From positions 419,263 through 483,262 of IMG/VR virus record IMGVR_UViG_3300027996_002186: DNA of 64,000 nucleotides; one strand, written 5' to 3'. How positions within the stretch are numbered: position 1 is the stretch's first letter; each line of letters opens with the position of its first letter. Positions 20,553-31,467 of the stretch are shown in pieces. The notes beneath the pieces are model-generated. The model was not told where the DNA came from. It ran no database searches and saw nothing but the letters and a program-made list of their open reading frames with translations. Made by a program: the position numbers and the translations under genes.

Positions 20553-21929
20553 ATGAAGTGGTTAAGAAATTACGAACTATTCAAAGAGTCTAAAACATAT
20601 TCTAATAAGAACTTGTTAAGTGAGATGTGTATCTCAATGGTTCTATTAAACAATGAATTCCTAGATAATATATTAGATAGAGGATTAAAAGCTAGATACT
20701 CTGATAACTCACAAATATTTTTAACAGATTTGAAGAATCTTTTACTTGCTAAGAATAGATTAAAGCTTGGTAAATTCGTTGATAACAAATGTGTTGTTGA
20801 TGATGAGATATCAAAGGTTAATGGTATGTTTAGTGACGTTACTTTTGATATAGAAAAGGATTGGAAAATTCTAGTTAATTCTAGAATCGCTGCTAGAAAT
20901 ATCATAGATAAATTAATACCAGATGAGAAATTAGAATCAGATAGAATAAGAAATATATTCTGGGTTGGTCCTAATAAAGATGGTGATTACCAAGAAGATA
21001 TTGTTATCGAATTAACAGATGGTAGACAATATTCATTTTTCTTAAATAAGAATCTTACTTCAAGTAAGACATCATCATTTAACTTATTTGCTGAAGAATT
21101 AATTGGATCTGATTTAGATAGATTATTCAAAGCAGATTACTTACCTAGATGGGATAAGTTAACACAAGAATGGGTAAGAGTAATTTATGAAAATGCTAAC
21201 AAGAATATACAGCTACACATTGAGAAGTTCATAGACCCTAAAAGGATTGATTCTATGGGTTACTTTGAGTATTTTGATATAAGACATAGTGATGTTAGAT
21301 TCAAGCACTTAGGTGAGTTTATAAGAGATTTTGATAAAAACATATTAAAGTTCCAAGATTTAATGACTGAGATTTGGAAGAAGAGAGACATTTGTTTTTC
21401 TGATCCTGAAAAAGTTTATAAAGAATGGACTGAGAGTAAGATAGTTATTCTTAACTCTAAGATATTGGAAAATTTATTAACAACATCATTGAAAGCAAAC
21501 TTCGCTGAGAACATCGAGAGAATGGAAGATGGGTTTAAGTTAGCAAGTGGTACAGTTAAAATGAAATTATTCAAAACACTTGTTGAGAAAATAGGATGTT
21601 TAGAAAGACCTCTGTATTTCTTAGGTAATAATGGTAACGTATTTCATATGGTACCATCAAGAGAATTCTTTAGAGAGAATTATGATGACTTAAAAATAAA
21701 ATTTGATTACCACGTTAACTTCACAGTTAGTGAAGAAGAAGATAATAATGATTTTAATGTTAAGATTAAATTAGAATTGGATGATACCACTTTAATTGAG
21801 ATGTTTATTCTTGTTAAATTCTCTGGTGGTGAGATGTCTGGTAAGCTATCTGCTAAGCACAAATTCGAATTACCTGAAAATTTCAATTATTTAATTTCTA
21901 AGAAACAATTAGGAGAGAACGAGGAATAG
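20553..21929 (+). CDS. Hypothetical protein with N-terminal capsid-targeting-like motif
   Basis: MKWLRNYELFKES; 458 aa. Confidence 0.7.
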   Translation: MKWLRNYELFKESKTYSNKNLLSEMCISMVLLNNEFLDNILDRGLKARYSDNSQIFLTDLKNLLLAKNRLKLGKFVDNKCVVDDEISKVNGMFSDVTFDIEKDWKILVNSRIAARNIIDKLIPDEKLESDRIRNIFWVGPNKDGDYQEDIVIELTDGRQYSFFLNKNLTSSKTSSFNLFAEELIGSDLDRLFKADYLPRWDKLTQEWVRVIYENANKNIQLHIEKFIDPKRIDSMGYFEYFDIRHSDVRFKHLGEFIRDFDKNILKFQDLMTEIWKKRDICFSDPEKVYKEWTESKIVILNSKILENLLTTSLKANFAENIERMEDGFKLASGTVKMKLFKTLVEKIGCLERPLYFLGNNGNVFHMVPSREFFRENYDDLKIKFDYHVNFTVSEEEDNNDFNVKIKLELDDTTLIEMFILVKFSGGEMSGKLSAKHKFELPENFNYLISKKQLGENEE

Positions 21930-21957
21930 AAATATATACCTTAAAATTTCTAAAATT

Positions 21958-24900
21958 ATGCCTTTACCCTTCGGATCCGGAACCATACCCGGAACTTATT
22001 ATGAAATTGAATTCTCACTACCTGGGCTACCTAGTATAATATCTGAAGGTGAAGACACACTTTTGTTGATACCCAATTCAGATTATATTGCTGAGTTTAT
22101 TGGTGGTAATATTGGTATATCCGATAGTATGCAGAAAGCTACTATGTTTAAGAATTTAAACTCACCAATAGCATCATCAGATGAAATGGTCTTTCGAAGT
22201 TTTGCTAAAACCAACAAAATTGACATTAGCGAAGATATAAATTTATATAAAAAACCAAATGGTAAATTAACTTTCCCTGAGAGTGAAATAAAACTTAGTA
22301 CTGAGAATGATTTAGTCGGTATTAAAGGATTAGAAGTAACTGTATTAAAATCAATATTTGAAACACAGAAACCTTATTTAGAAATAGCTGAGATGGTTAT
22401 TGGTACTCTAGCTAAGTTAGAAGATATAACAGCAAGGATTATGCCACTACTTGGTATTCCTTTAGTTGCAACTTCTAAGAAACCAAAGGGTAATCCAAAT
22501 GCTATTGGATATAAAAGCGGTGCTGCAGTAAAGGAAGAATTAGCCAAAATGAAAGCTATACAAAAAAAAGGAGGTAGTATTAAAGTTGGTAATGATGGTA
22601 CGGTTAGTAAACTAGATGATACAACTGGAGGAGATGCTGGTGCTAGTGGTGCTAGTGCTAGTGGTGCTGGGGATGATGGTAATAATGGGGATGATGGTAA
22701 TAATGGGGGTGATGCAAATTGGGAAATAATATCAACTGTTTATTCAACTGGTCAATTTGATCCAAAAGTTGATTATAAATATGAATATGTTTATTTACCT
22801 AAGGATCCTGGTCTAGGTACGGATGTATCTGATTTAGATTTAGATGAAAAAGATCCTTATCACAAACATAAACCCGAGTCGATAATATTTGGAATATTTA
22901 ATTCCAAAGGAATACCAATCAACCCAGCAAGTCCGTTAAAGGGTATTGATAATGCCGGAAACGAATCAGACTCAGGTTTTCAAATAGCTAGTTGGTTACT
23001 TAATTCACCTAAGTGGGCATTTGGTGAAGGACTTTTTAATTGGCCAGGATTTGGTGATCCTATTTATGTGAGATATCCCAATAACCTAGATGGTAGTCAG
23101 GGAGCAGTTAAGTATTATAATAATGGTAATATAAACATATTGAATGGTGAAAAAGCGATACCTGGTACACCAAAAATAAAGGGGTTTCAGGCAAATGAAG
23201 TCTCTGAGTATAGTGATTTTTTCAATGACCTAATAGGTATAAAACTTTTGGATAATGAGGATTTAACACAAGCGGAAAGAAATAATATTGGGCTTGAGGT
23301 AGCAAGTAAATTGAATATACCAGCACACTTAGAAAATGTTTTCCTTTGGGGTCAGGCAAAATCATCTGTTTATAATAAAATACCCATACCATCAGAAGCT
23401 TTCTTATCTACTGGTAGTTTAGATGGTTTATCAGCTGGGATAGATGATCCTTATCCAAGTGCGATGAAGAAATCATTCAAACCATACAAGATATATTCTG
23501 AGAGTGCAAAGAATGATGAAAAATTAAAAGCTTATGCTAAATCTAAAGGTAAACCTGAGAGTGATGCTGCTTGGGTATGGATTGATCCAGAATCGGATTA
23601 TGTTACTAAGATAATAAGAATCGATCCAACAACTAAGATAACATATAAATATGCTGAGGGTGAACCAGAAATAGAAACTGTGATAAAATCATTTGTTAAG
23701 AATGTTACTACCTTTCAAGTATCAGATAATAGAGAATTTAATATTGAGATTACTAGGTCTCCTGGGTTTGTAGGAACGTCAACCACTGATCAAGCACCGT
23801 TTGTTGAGTATGATAATGTAGAAAACGTAACAAGTTATGAGTTAGAAAACTGGAATTATACAGACAATGATGAACTATTAAGTAGTTTTGGTACTCTTAA
23901 TTTGGCACCAACAAATGTTCCAAATGCTCGATTCGAGGTGACGATGTGGGGTGACACACCACCACCTTATTATAGTGATGGTCAAGACTACTATATGTAT
24001 GGTGAAATTATTGGAGATGATTTATTTATTTATGAAGTCCAGAAAATTGGAGGAGACTGGAAATCACAGGTATTAAGGTTTGATACTATTATCACTTCTG
24101 TGGATTATGATTTATCTCAATTAACCGAGACCGAACTCACTGAATTTTATAGTGATTATAAATCCAATAACACTGCATTCATTTCTAAACCGAGTGATAG
24201 TGATTCCGATATATACATAAACATTTATGGACGTGACATTTTTGATTATCCAGATGATGTAACAGAAGATGGAAAAATAAGATTACTACCTAATGTAGAT
24301 AATTCACTAGTTGAAATTGAAAATAATACCATTATAAAATGGTATTATATGGATCCTTCGGATTATGGTAATGGTGATATATCCAATACCGATCTTCCAA
24401 ATAATGGAATTAAAAAAACAATATCCGTTGATATTAGCACGGTAGGTAATGGTACATCAGTTCCAACTAGTTCGGATAGCAATGTTACTTTAGACGAATT
24501 CCAAATAAGAGTTATTGATGAGGATTCGGATGGTCGTATAATTGATCCATCCAAAGTTCTTAATTCACAATTAACAATAGCCGATCCATTTTCTTTAGGT
24601 AAATATGGACATGGTTCACCGGCCGCAGATGGAGGCACACCACAAAATATTGATTTTATCAAAAGGTTTATGTTAACTGAGTTAGACACCGAATCATATT
24701 ATATCATCGAGGGTGTATTAGCGGATCTGGTTGATGACAATGGTATTTTTGGAGGTGATGCAACTGCTGGTTCTGATGGATCTGCTGCTGGTTCTGGTGC
24801 TGAAGACGGTGGTGGAACTTATAAATTACCTGATGCTATTGGAGCAATAAAGGTTTTTATAAGCATATTAGCTGATATTTTTGGTAAGTTAATACCCCTC

Positions 24901-26634
24901 ATTACAAAAGTTATTGCTTTATTTACAGATCCACCTGGATTTGTGACTAGTATAATATCGGATAAAATGAAAGATGCGTTTATTTTTGTATCTGAGGATT
25001 CTATAAAAGCTTTTATAAAAGGTCAAAATTTTAAAAAAAGTATACCAAGTGGAGATGTAAGCGTACCGGATGCACCAAACGCTCCGGATGCACAAAACAC
25101 TCCAGATGCACCAAACGTAGATGAAAAAGAAAAGAAAAGAAAAGTTCAAGAATTAACAGACCTATTTAAGAATTCATCTCTATCAAATTATGTATTTGTT
25201 AGAGAGGATGGTGAGTTTGGTAGTGTAATAGATGGTATAGCTGGTATCCCCTTTGGTATATTCGGTACTTCATTACCTTTTGGATTAGAAATGGATCTTA
25301 GTAAGATACCTGGTTCACCAATAAACTTAATTTACCCATCAAAGATTAATTTTGATAAAGTTAAAAACTTACAATCATTTGTTAGTCCACAAAAATTTGA
25401 TGATACGAATGCTTCTAATTTAGCTAGTCAAATAAAAGAAGCTAATAAACCGCCTGATAAAATTGATGATTTAAATCTAAATACAAGTGGAGATAAAACT
25501 GATGGTAAAAACGATAACAAAACAAAAATAGAATTTGCTGATGGATCAACAATATTTATCGATGATGGATCAGTTAATGATTATGTTATAGATAACAGTA
25601 GTAAATATAATTTTGTTTATATTTCTGAGAATGCAAAAAAACAATTTGATGAAGTTGACGCTTTGGTAGAAACTGGTACACCAGAAAACTTAAAGAAGGC
25701 TCTTAGTATTTTAGATGATATCGATGAAATACCTGGAAATGATAAAGAAGTTGATTTAAAAAAGAAATCAATAAAGGATAAACTGGATAAGATAGATGGT
25801 GGTGAACAACCTTTATTGAAATTTATATTAGGGTTAGTAACATTACCAATTAAAATAATAGGTGGAATAATAGAATGGATAATGGAATTCTTTAAGAAAC
25901 TGAGTAATCCTCTTAATTTACCAACACTAATTGCTGAATTTTTATCATTCTCTTGGATAATGGATTTCTTCACACCAGTCGGTCTATTAGATATGATTGG
26001 TATAACAATAAACCCTGCTAAAGTAGCAGAGTGGGCCTCTTCAATTAAGTCAAAAAAACAATCGGCAGAAGGATCGGTAGATCCATCGGTAGATCCATCG
26101 GTAGATCCATCAGAAGAGGAAGCGGCGGAAGCTTCTAAAAAGGCAGCAGCACTAGAGGAACCTTTTGCAGATTTGACTGAATTTTTAGATATTGATTTTT
26201 TTGTTAAGTTACCAACTTTAACCACAGAACAATTCTCAGCTATCAAACCAGATTTACCATTAAATTTAATGAAAGGATTGTTTTGTTTTATAGAGAAGAT
26301 GATAAATGGTATAATAGATCTTATTTGGTCATCATTGGGTATCGAGGCTATTATACCACCACCACATATAAAACTATGTTCTAATTCAGATAATATGAGC
26401 CCAGAAGAGATATCAGCGATATTAAATGGACAAGGTGTGGTCACGGATGACAAGGCTGATCTTGATGGTGATGGGGTATTAAGTGAAGATGAAAATAATG
26501 CTGCCAACGCAATTTCTAATTTCTATTACGAAATTGAATTACCTAATGGCGAGAAGAAACAATTCTTAGATAGAGTAGAGTTGGATTCTTTCATATCGGA
26601 GAATAAAGACTTGAATTACGACTTCACTTTTTAA
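21958..26634 (+). CDS. Large acidic putative structural protein
   Basis: 1558 aa with Gly/Asp-rich linkers and amphipathic helical segments; AAATATATA upstream. Confidence 0.65.
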   Translation: MPLPFGSGTIPGTYYEIEFSLPGLPSIISEGEDTLLLIPNSDYIAEFIGGNIGISDSMQKATMFKNLNSPIASSDEMVFRSFAKTNKIDISEDINLYKKPNGKLTFPESEIKLSTENDLVGIKGLEVTVLKSIFETQKPYLEIAEMVIGTLAKLEDITARIMPLLGIPLVATSKKPKGNPNAIGYKSGAAVKEELAKMKAIQKKGGSIKVGNDGTVSKLDDTTGGDAGASGASASGAGDDGNNGDDGNNGGDANWEIISTVYSTGQFDPKVDYKYEYVYLPKDPGLGTDVSDLDLDEKDPYHKHKPESIIFGIFNSKGIPINPASPLKGIDNAGNESDSGFQIASWLLNSPKWAFGEGLFNWPGFGDPIYVRYPNNLDGSQGAVKYYNNGNINILNGEKAIPGTPKIKGFQANEVSEYSDFFNDLIGIKLLDNEDLTQAERNNIGLEVASKLNIPAHLENVFLWGQAKSSVYNKIPIPSEAFLSTGSLDGLSAGIDDPYPSAMKKSFKPYKIYSESAKNDEKLKAYAKSKGKPESDAAWVWIDPESDYVTKIIRIDPTTKITYKYAEGEPEIETVIKSFVKNVTTFQVSDNREFNIEITRSPGFVGTSTTDQAPFVEYDNVENVTSYELENWNYTDNDELLSSFGTLNLAPTNVPNARFEVTMWGDTPPPYYSDGQDYYMYGEIIGDDLFIYEVQKIGGDWKSQVLRFDTIITSVDYDLSQLTETELTEFYSDYKSNNTAFISKPSDSDSDIYINIYGRDIFDYPDDVTEDGKIRLLPNVDNSLVEIENNTIIKWYYMDPSDYGNGDISNTDLPNNGIKKTISVDISTVGNGTSVPTSSDSNVTLDEFQIRVIDEDSDGRIIDPSKVLNSQLTIADPFSLGKYGHGSPAADGGTPQNIDFIKRFMLTELDTESYYIIEGVLADLVDDNGIFGGDATAGSDGSAAGSGAEDGGGTYKLPDAIGAIKVFISILADIFGKLIPLITKVIALFTDPPGFVTSIISDKMKDAFIFVSEDSIKAFIKGQNFKKSIPSGDVSVPDAPNAPDAQNTPDAPNVDEKEKKRKVQELTDLFKNSSLSNYVFVREDGEFGSVIDGIAGIPFGIFGTSLPFGLEMDLSKIPGSPINLIYPSKINFDKVKNLQSFVSPQKFDDTNASNLASQIKEANKPPDKIDDLNLNTSGDKTDGKNDNKTKIEFADGSTIFIDDGSVNDYVIDNSSKYNFVYISENAKKQFDEVDALVETGTPENLKKALSILDDIDEIPGNDKEVDLKKKSIKDKLDKIDGGEQPLLKFILGLVTLPIKIIGGIIEWIMEFFKKLSNPLNLPTLIAEFLSFSWIMDFFTPVGLLDMIGITINPAKVAEWASSIKSKKQSAEGSVDPSVDPSVDPSEEEAAEASKKAAALEEPFADLTEFLDIDFFVKLPTLTTEQFSAIKPDLPLNLMKGLFCFIEKMINGIIDLIWSSLGIEAIIPPPHIKLCSNSDNMSPEEISAILNGQGVVTDDKADLDGDGVLSEDENNAANAISNFYYEIELPNGEKKQFLDRVELDSFISENKDLNYDFTF
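26073..26111 (+). repeat. 12-bp tandem repeat x3 (SVDP)
   Basis: ATCGGTAGATCC three times in tandem. Confidence 0.9.
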
Positions 26635-26682
26635 ACTTATTCAAAGTTAGTGTGTATAAAATAAAAATTAAACAATTTAATT

Positions 26683-26904
26683 ATGCCAAAGTCAAGAAAT
26701 AGAAAAGACCACAAGAAAAAATTAGCAGCTCGTAATCTTAAAATAAAGAATGATAAGAGACGTGCTGAAAAAGCTCAAAGAGAATTCATAATGGATTTAA
26801 TTAAGAAGGAACAAGAAAATGGTGCTTTTGAGAATACACCAGATATATCTATTGTTGATGGGCCAAGTATTGATGGACCAAGTATTGATGGACCTTCGAT
26901 ATAA
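26683..26904 (+). CDS. Small basic protein ending in DGPSI x3
   Basis: MPKSRNRKDHKKK...; 15-bp imperfect tandem repeat at 26857-26901. Confidence 0.7.
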   Translation: MPKSRNRKDHKKKLAARNLKIKNDKRRAEKAQREFIMDLIKKEQENGAFENTPDISIVDGPSIDGPSIDGPSI

Positions 26905-27151
26905 GATAGTTTAAAATGGTAATGGTGAAGTTTTCTTTGGTTGAGTTTTAGTACGACCAACCAAAACTTCATTTATTTTCATTGTCAGGTATTTTCTAGC
27001 AGCATTAGTTTTTGGACACCCTACTCCATTGTTTTTTACACAATTGACGATGTACCAATTAGCTAATAAAATTGAATCAATATCTGAATTCATACATAAC
27101 AAACATTTTTATATGTCATTATATATAAAATATAAAATATAATTTTTTATC

Positions 27152-28222
27152 GTGGGTAAAAATCCGAAAATTAACATAAATATAAATAAAGATGATTCCG
27201 AGTTAAATGACTTTTTGCATTGCTGGGGTCAATTTGGTACAAGACCAAATAAAATAATCATTTATAATTCATATTCCAAAGATGAGTTTATTGAAGTATT
27301 AAGCGAATTCTCAAAAGAGAAAAACGTTTTCACTGAAATAATACCCACGGAAGAATCAAGTATAATAAATGATAAGGTATTAGCTATGGTTAGTGAGGAC
27401 TTATACGTATCATACTTATTACTTGATAGTAATAATGAAAATTCAGTTATACATGAAATAACTTTCTTCTTTAGAGATTATGAGAAAGAGTTAGAAACTA
27501 TCAATGTGATATTAGAAAAGTTAAACTCCTGTATAATAGATTTTAAAGAAGAAATTAAAGATACAAAATTAAATACTCTTTTTGTTGGTCAATCAGGATT
27601 AGAAATGGAGTCATTGGAATTGAAAGAAATGGATTCAGAGTTAGATATGTATTATAACTCATTATCACTAAAAAAGGTTAACAAACTAATAAAAACTATT
27701 AAGAAATCAGAAAAGGGTTTAAGTATATTTTATGGACCAAGAGGATCAGGTAAGACGAGTATAATAAATCATCTTTCTTCTAAACTTGATAGAGTTGTTA
27801 TATTTATACCAAATAATTTAATAGAAAACACAATAAATAACCCAGAATTCAAAAGATTTTTATTAAATCACCCCAAGCCGATAATCATATTGGATGATTG
27901 TGAGATTATGTTCAGTGATTTTTATCATAAATCAAATATAGTTGTTAATAATTTATTACAAATTATAGATGGGTTTTTATCTGATAGTATTGAATTAAAT
28001 GTTATATCTATATTTAACACAGATAATGTTGAAGAAATCGACAAGTCTTTGTTAGATTGTAATAATCTACTAGATGTTATTAAATTTGACCTTTTAGACA
28101 TAGAGGAGTCAAATGAGTTAGCTAAACATCTCGGTAGTAGAAAAAAATATAAAAACAAAGCAAGACTTATTGATATAATAAAGAAGAAAGGTTGTATTGG
28201 AAATAAAAAGGTTGGCTTCTAA
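27152..28222 (+). CDS. AAA ATPase
   Basis: Walker A GPRGSGKT, Walker B IIILDDCE, NLLQIIDG, SIFN, C-terminal KVGF. Confidence 0.85.
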   Translation: MGKNPKINININKDDSELNDFLHCWGQFGTRPNKIIIYNSYSKDEFIEVLSEFSKEKNVFTEIIPTEESSIINDKVLAMVSEDLYVSYLLLDSNNENSVIHEITFFFRDYEKELETINVILEKLNSCIIDFKEEIKDTKLNTLFVGQSGLEMESLELKEMDSELDMYYNSLSLKKVNKLIKTIKKSEKGLSIFYGPRGSGKTSIINHLSSKLDRVVIFIPNNLIENTINNPEFKRFLLNHPKPIIILDDCEIMFSDFYHKSNIVVNNLLQIIDGFLSDSIELNVISIFNTDNVEEIDKSLLDCNNLLDVIKFDLLDIEESNELAKHLGSRKKYKNKARLIDIIKKKGCIGNKKVGF

Positions 28223-28236
28223 AATATATATAGACT

Positions 28237-28572
28237 ATGATATCAGAACTTAAAGATGATGAAATAATGGATTTTCTTATGACATCCGAATTTGAAAACG
28301 ATTACAAACCAGAGGAATTCAAGTACCTTCTATATAAATGGAGATATTTTTATAGGCTTTTGGATGGTAAGAATGATAGATTAAGAGATGATAGTGAGTT
28401 TGTAATTAAAAAATTAAAAGAGGAATCATCTTCTAATGAAAGTAAATACCAAAGATCATTAATCGATGTGGCTAATAAACAAAATATCATAGATAGTTTG
28501 AAAAACAGAAAACTAACTTTCAAAGAAAGATTTTCTGGAAAAATTATTATGGGTGAAGATGAAAATAAGTGA
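28237..28572 (+). CDS. Hypothetical coiled-coil protein
   Basis: ORF; ends RKLTFKERFSGKII. Confidence 0.65.
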   Translation: MISELKDDEIMDFLMTSEFENDYKPEEFKYLLYKWRYFYRLLDGKNDRLRDDSEFVIKKLKEESSSNESKYQRSLIDVANKQNIIDSLKNRKLTFKERFSGKIIMGEDENK

Positions 28573-29695
28573 ATTTAAAAAATTAGAAAAGAAAATAACA
28601 GGACAGAACTTTGGTGAAAGCTATAAGGGAATAAATGTCATGATGACGATATTGAGTTATCTTGGTAACCTAGGTTCTATATTTTTGGCATATTTCTTTA
28701 TGTCAAAGGTAATAGGTTCTGCTATGACAGATAACCCAGTTGCAGTATTTATATCATCTGTTGTTATATTAGCAGGTATAGAATTATTAAAGAGAGATAT
28801 ATTTGATAAATTTTCTATTTCCTTTTTGAAGGAAGGAAGTATAGCAAGGGGTGTTCTACCACTTTTGATATTCAGTATGTTATTAATATCTGCCTCATTT
28901 TACTCATCACTTAATGGTGCTAAAGAATTTTCATCAAAGTCTGCTCAGATGGATGAGAGTAAAGATAATATAGTCCAAGTTTATAGTGATAGTATTTCGA
29001 ATATTTATGAAACTAAGATAGTTTTGATAGAAGATGAGATAAAAGCATATAAGATTAAAATAGATGAGAAGGATGTTGAGCAAGCATTAATCAACAAAGA
29101 CTTACAGGATAGAGGTTATTTATATAATTCTCAGAAAAGTAGAAATAAACAACTAACAGAAGAAAAAAAATACTTAGATGAAAAAGTAGATGAGTCTGAA
29201 ATTAAAATCGATGGATTGAAAGAAGAAAGAGATATTGATATATCTGAGTATGAAAAAGATTTAACTAATGAAACAGATTCAAAGAAAGAAGATAATAGTA
29301 AAAATTCATTTATATTCATTATTATATCGACAATTATTGAGTTTGTAATACTTGGTGGTGTATTCTTTAATGAGTATTATAAATTTAGATCATATAGAGA
29401 GTTTAGAGATAGAATCGATAAAGATCCTAATTACCAAAAGTGGATGTTGTACGAAGAAATACTTAAAGTCGTTTATCCTGAAAGTGCTCTTAATAGTCAG
29501 AAGTTACCATCCAATAAAGCAATGATTGAGATGTGTAAAGTTAATGGTATGATTGTTTTACCTAGAGATATGATTAACTTCTTAAAGATTATAAACAGTT
29601 TAGATATAATAAAAACAAGTGGGTCATCAAGATATATTAATAAGACAAGAGATTTATCGTTTGATGTGTTGAAATCTCACTTTAATATAGATTAA
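28553..29695 (+). CDS. Multi-TM membrane protein with long coiled coil
   Basis: Three N-terminal TM segments, coiled coil, fourth TM, soluble C-terminus. Confidence 0.7.
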   Translation: MKMKISEFKKLEKKITGQNFGESYKGINVMMTILSYLGNLGSIFLAYFFMSKVIGSAMTDNPVAVFISSVVILAGIELLKRDIFDKFSISFLKEGSIARGVLPLLIFSMLLISASFYSSLNGAKEFSSKSAQMDESKDNIVQVYSDSISNIYETKIVLIEDEIKAYKIKIDEKDVEQALINKDLQDRGYLYNSQKSRNKQLTEEKKYLDEKVDESEIKIDGLKEERDIDISEYEKDLTNETDSKKEDNSKNSFIFIIISTIIEFVILGGVFFNEYYKFRSYREFRDRIDKDPNYQKWMLYEEILKVVYPESALNSQKLPSNKAMIEMCKVNGMIVLPRDMINFLKIINSLDIIKTSGSSRYINKTRDLSFDVLKSHFNID

Positions 29696-29728
29696 TTTGT
29701 TTTTGAGAGAACCATCAAGAGAATTTAT

Positions 29729-30571
29729 ATGATACAAACACCATTCAATTACACCGGATCTAAATTTAAATTATTAGAACAAATACTACCTGAGTTTGAT
29801 TATACAAAACCTTATTTTGTTGATGTCTTTGCAGGTGGCGGGTCAGTTTATACTAATGTATTAGATAAATATGAAAAAATAATAGCAAATGATATAATTG
29901 GTGACCTTATAGGGGTACACGACTCTCTATTACAGTCCAATGACATCATTTCATCGACTAAATCACTTTGCCCAGGTAAATCCAACCCAGAGGGGTTTGG
30001 AGCTCTTAGGAGTGATTATAACGAGAATCCAACTCCTGATAAACTATGGGCTTTGATGTTATCATCAACTAATAATATGATGAGGTTTAATCAAAAATTC
30101 AAATATAACCAAAGTTATGGTAATAGAGGATGGAATCCAAACACCGATAAAAAAGTGGAGGCGTTCACCGAACACATCAGAAAATATAAAGAAAATATAA
30201 AGTTCTCATCAAAGACATTCGATGATATAAAAGTATCATCAGATAAGATTATGTTTTATTGTGACCCACCATACGGACGTATAAAGAATGTTGATGGAAC
30301 AATGGGTAAAAAGCAGATATCCGAAGCTGGATACAATGCTTTTTGGAAGAAAGATGATGATTTAAGACTTTATGATTACTTAAAGTTAATAGATGAGTCT
30401 GGATCTTCGTTTATGGTATCTGGTGTTCTAAACCATGATAATAAGACTTGTTGGATGTTAGATAAATTAATATCTGATGGATATAATTATAAAGTCCTAT
30501 CGTTTGATTATAATAAAGTCTCTCGAAAAGGTAATAAGGAAACAACAGAGATTATCATCAAAAACTACTAA
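29729..30571 (+). CDS. DNA adenine methyltransferase (D12/Dam class); target sequence unknown
   Basis: PFNYTGSK, DVFAGGGSV, ND, YCDPPY. Confidence 0.92.
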   Translation: MIQTPFNYTGSKFKLLEQILPEFDYTKPYFVDVFAGGGSVYTNVLDKYEKIIANDIIGDLIGVHDSLLQSNDIISSTKSLCPGKSNPEGFGALRSDYNENPTPDKLWALMLSSTNNMMRFNQKFKYNQSYGNRGWNPNTDKKVEAFTEHIRKYKENIKFSSKTFDDIKVSSDKIMFYCDPPYGRIKNVDGTMGKKQISEAGYNAFWKKDDDLRLYDYLKLIDESGSSFMVSGVLNHDNKTCWMLDKLISDGYNYKVLSFDYNKVSRKGNKETTEIIIKNY

Positions 30572-30626
30572 AAACGACTAAGAAACCACATTTTTTTAAT
30601 ATATACAAAAAAATAAAGAAAAAATT

Positions 30627-30842
30627 ATGGAATATCAAGACAAATATGACTCTTTGGTTAAGTTATTAACAGAAGAAGTTGAGATTGATGGTAAGAAATA
30701 CAATCTAAAAGATGACTTTGATAAGTTCTTCGTACGCGGGAATAAGACAGCCGGCACGCGTATTCGTAAAATGATGCAGGAAGTTAAGAAAATGTCACAG
30801 GAAGTTAGAACAGATGTTCAAGACTATAAAAGTAAAATTTAA
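30627..30842 (+). CDS. Histone H1-like (Hc1-type) protein
   Basis: KF...GNKTAGTRIRK.MQEVK...QEVR. Confidence 0.8.
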   Translation: MEYQDKYDSLVKLLTEEVEIDGKKYNLKDDFDKFFVRGNKTAGTRIRKMMQEVKKMSQEVRTDVQDYKSKI

Positions 30843-30860
30843 TCACTATTAAATTTATAC

Positions 30861-30893
30861 AAAAACCGAATCATAATTTGATTCGGTTTTTTT
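30861..30893. terminator. Bidirectional intrinsic terminator
   Basis: AAAAACCGAATCA-taatt-TGATTCGGTTTTT between convergent genes. Confidence 0.85.
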
Positions 30894-31467
30894 ATTCGTA
30901 ATAAACCCACTTATCTTTATAGTTATTATGACTTGCGCAGTAACGAGCATATTCATTAATCATTACTTTACCAGTATTATATTTACCGCAAACAATAGCC
31001 CAATTCCCATGTTTATCATAAGCTCTTCTTAATATCTTCATACTCAACATAACATTAAGTTCGATATTATTTCTTAAATCTTCATTGGTTATTTGATCCT
31101 CGAATCCCATTATCTTATAGATAGCTCTACCGGTCGCTGGCATTATTTGCATAGGTCCTAATGCACCAGCATAAGAACCTTGCTCAGGAACATAGTTCCA
31201 GTGGAAAGGTCCTTTATATCGAGTCTCTCGATAAGCTACGTTATAAGCTATATACTTTGGTATTTCATATATGTCGGAATACTTCTCAATCATCTCATAC
31301 ATAATAATTGATTTTGGGATATTAACTTCGCCTCTTGAAGGTTCTAGATTTAATTTCTCCACTATTACAACACTCTCCTTTGTATTATATGAGAATAAGA
31401 ATATTAATGATAGTAAGAATAATGAATACTTTATTAAAAAATTCATTATTTTGTCTCCGGTCTCCAA
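30892..31467 (-). CDS. Membrane-anchored lytic transglycosylase (SLT-type)
   Basis: N-terminal TM; catalytic RET; SYAGALGPMQIMPATG; KYNTG. Confidence 0.85.
   Translation of the reverse strand: METGDKIMNFLIKYSLFLLSLIFLFSYNTKESVVIVEKLNLEPSRGEVNIPKSIIMYEMIEKYSDIYEIPKYIAYNVAYRETRYKGPFHWNYVPEQGSYAGALGPMQIMPATGRAIYKIMGFEDQITNEDLRNNIELNVMLSMKILRRAYDKHGNWAIVCGKYNTGKVMINEYARYCASHNNYKDKWVYYE

Noticed and set aside
25617-26507. 296-aa minus-strand ORF and similar shadow ORFs (646-912, 7498-8025, 24363-24689, 34803-35081 and others)
   Set aside because: Antisense to well-supported genes, with Ser/Phe/Ile-rich composition typical of reverse-frame artefacts
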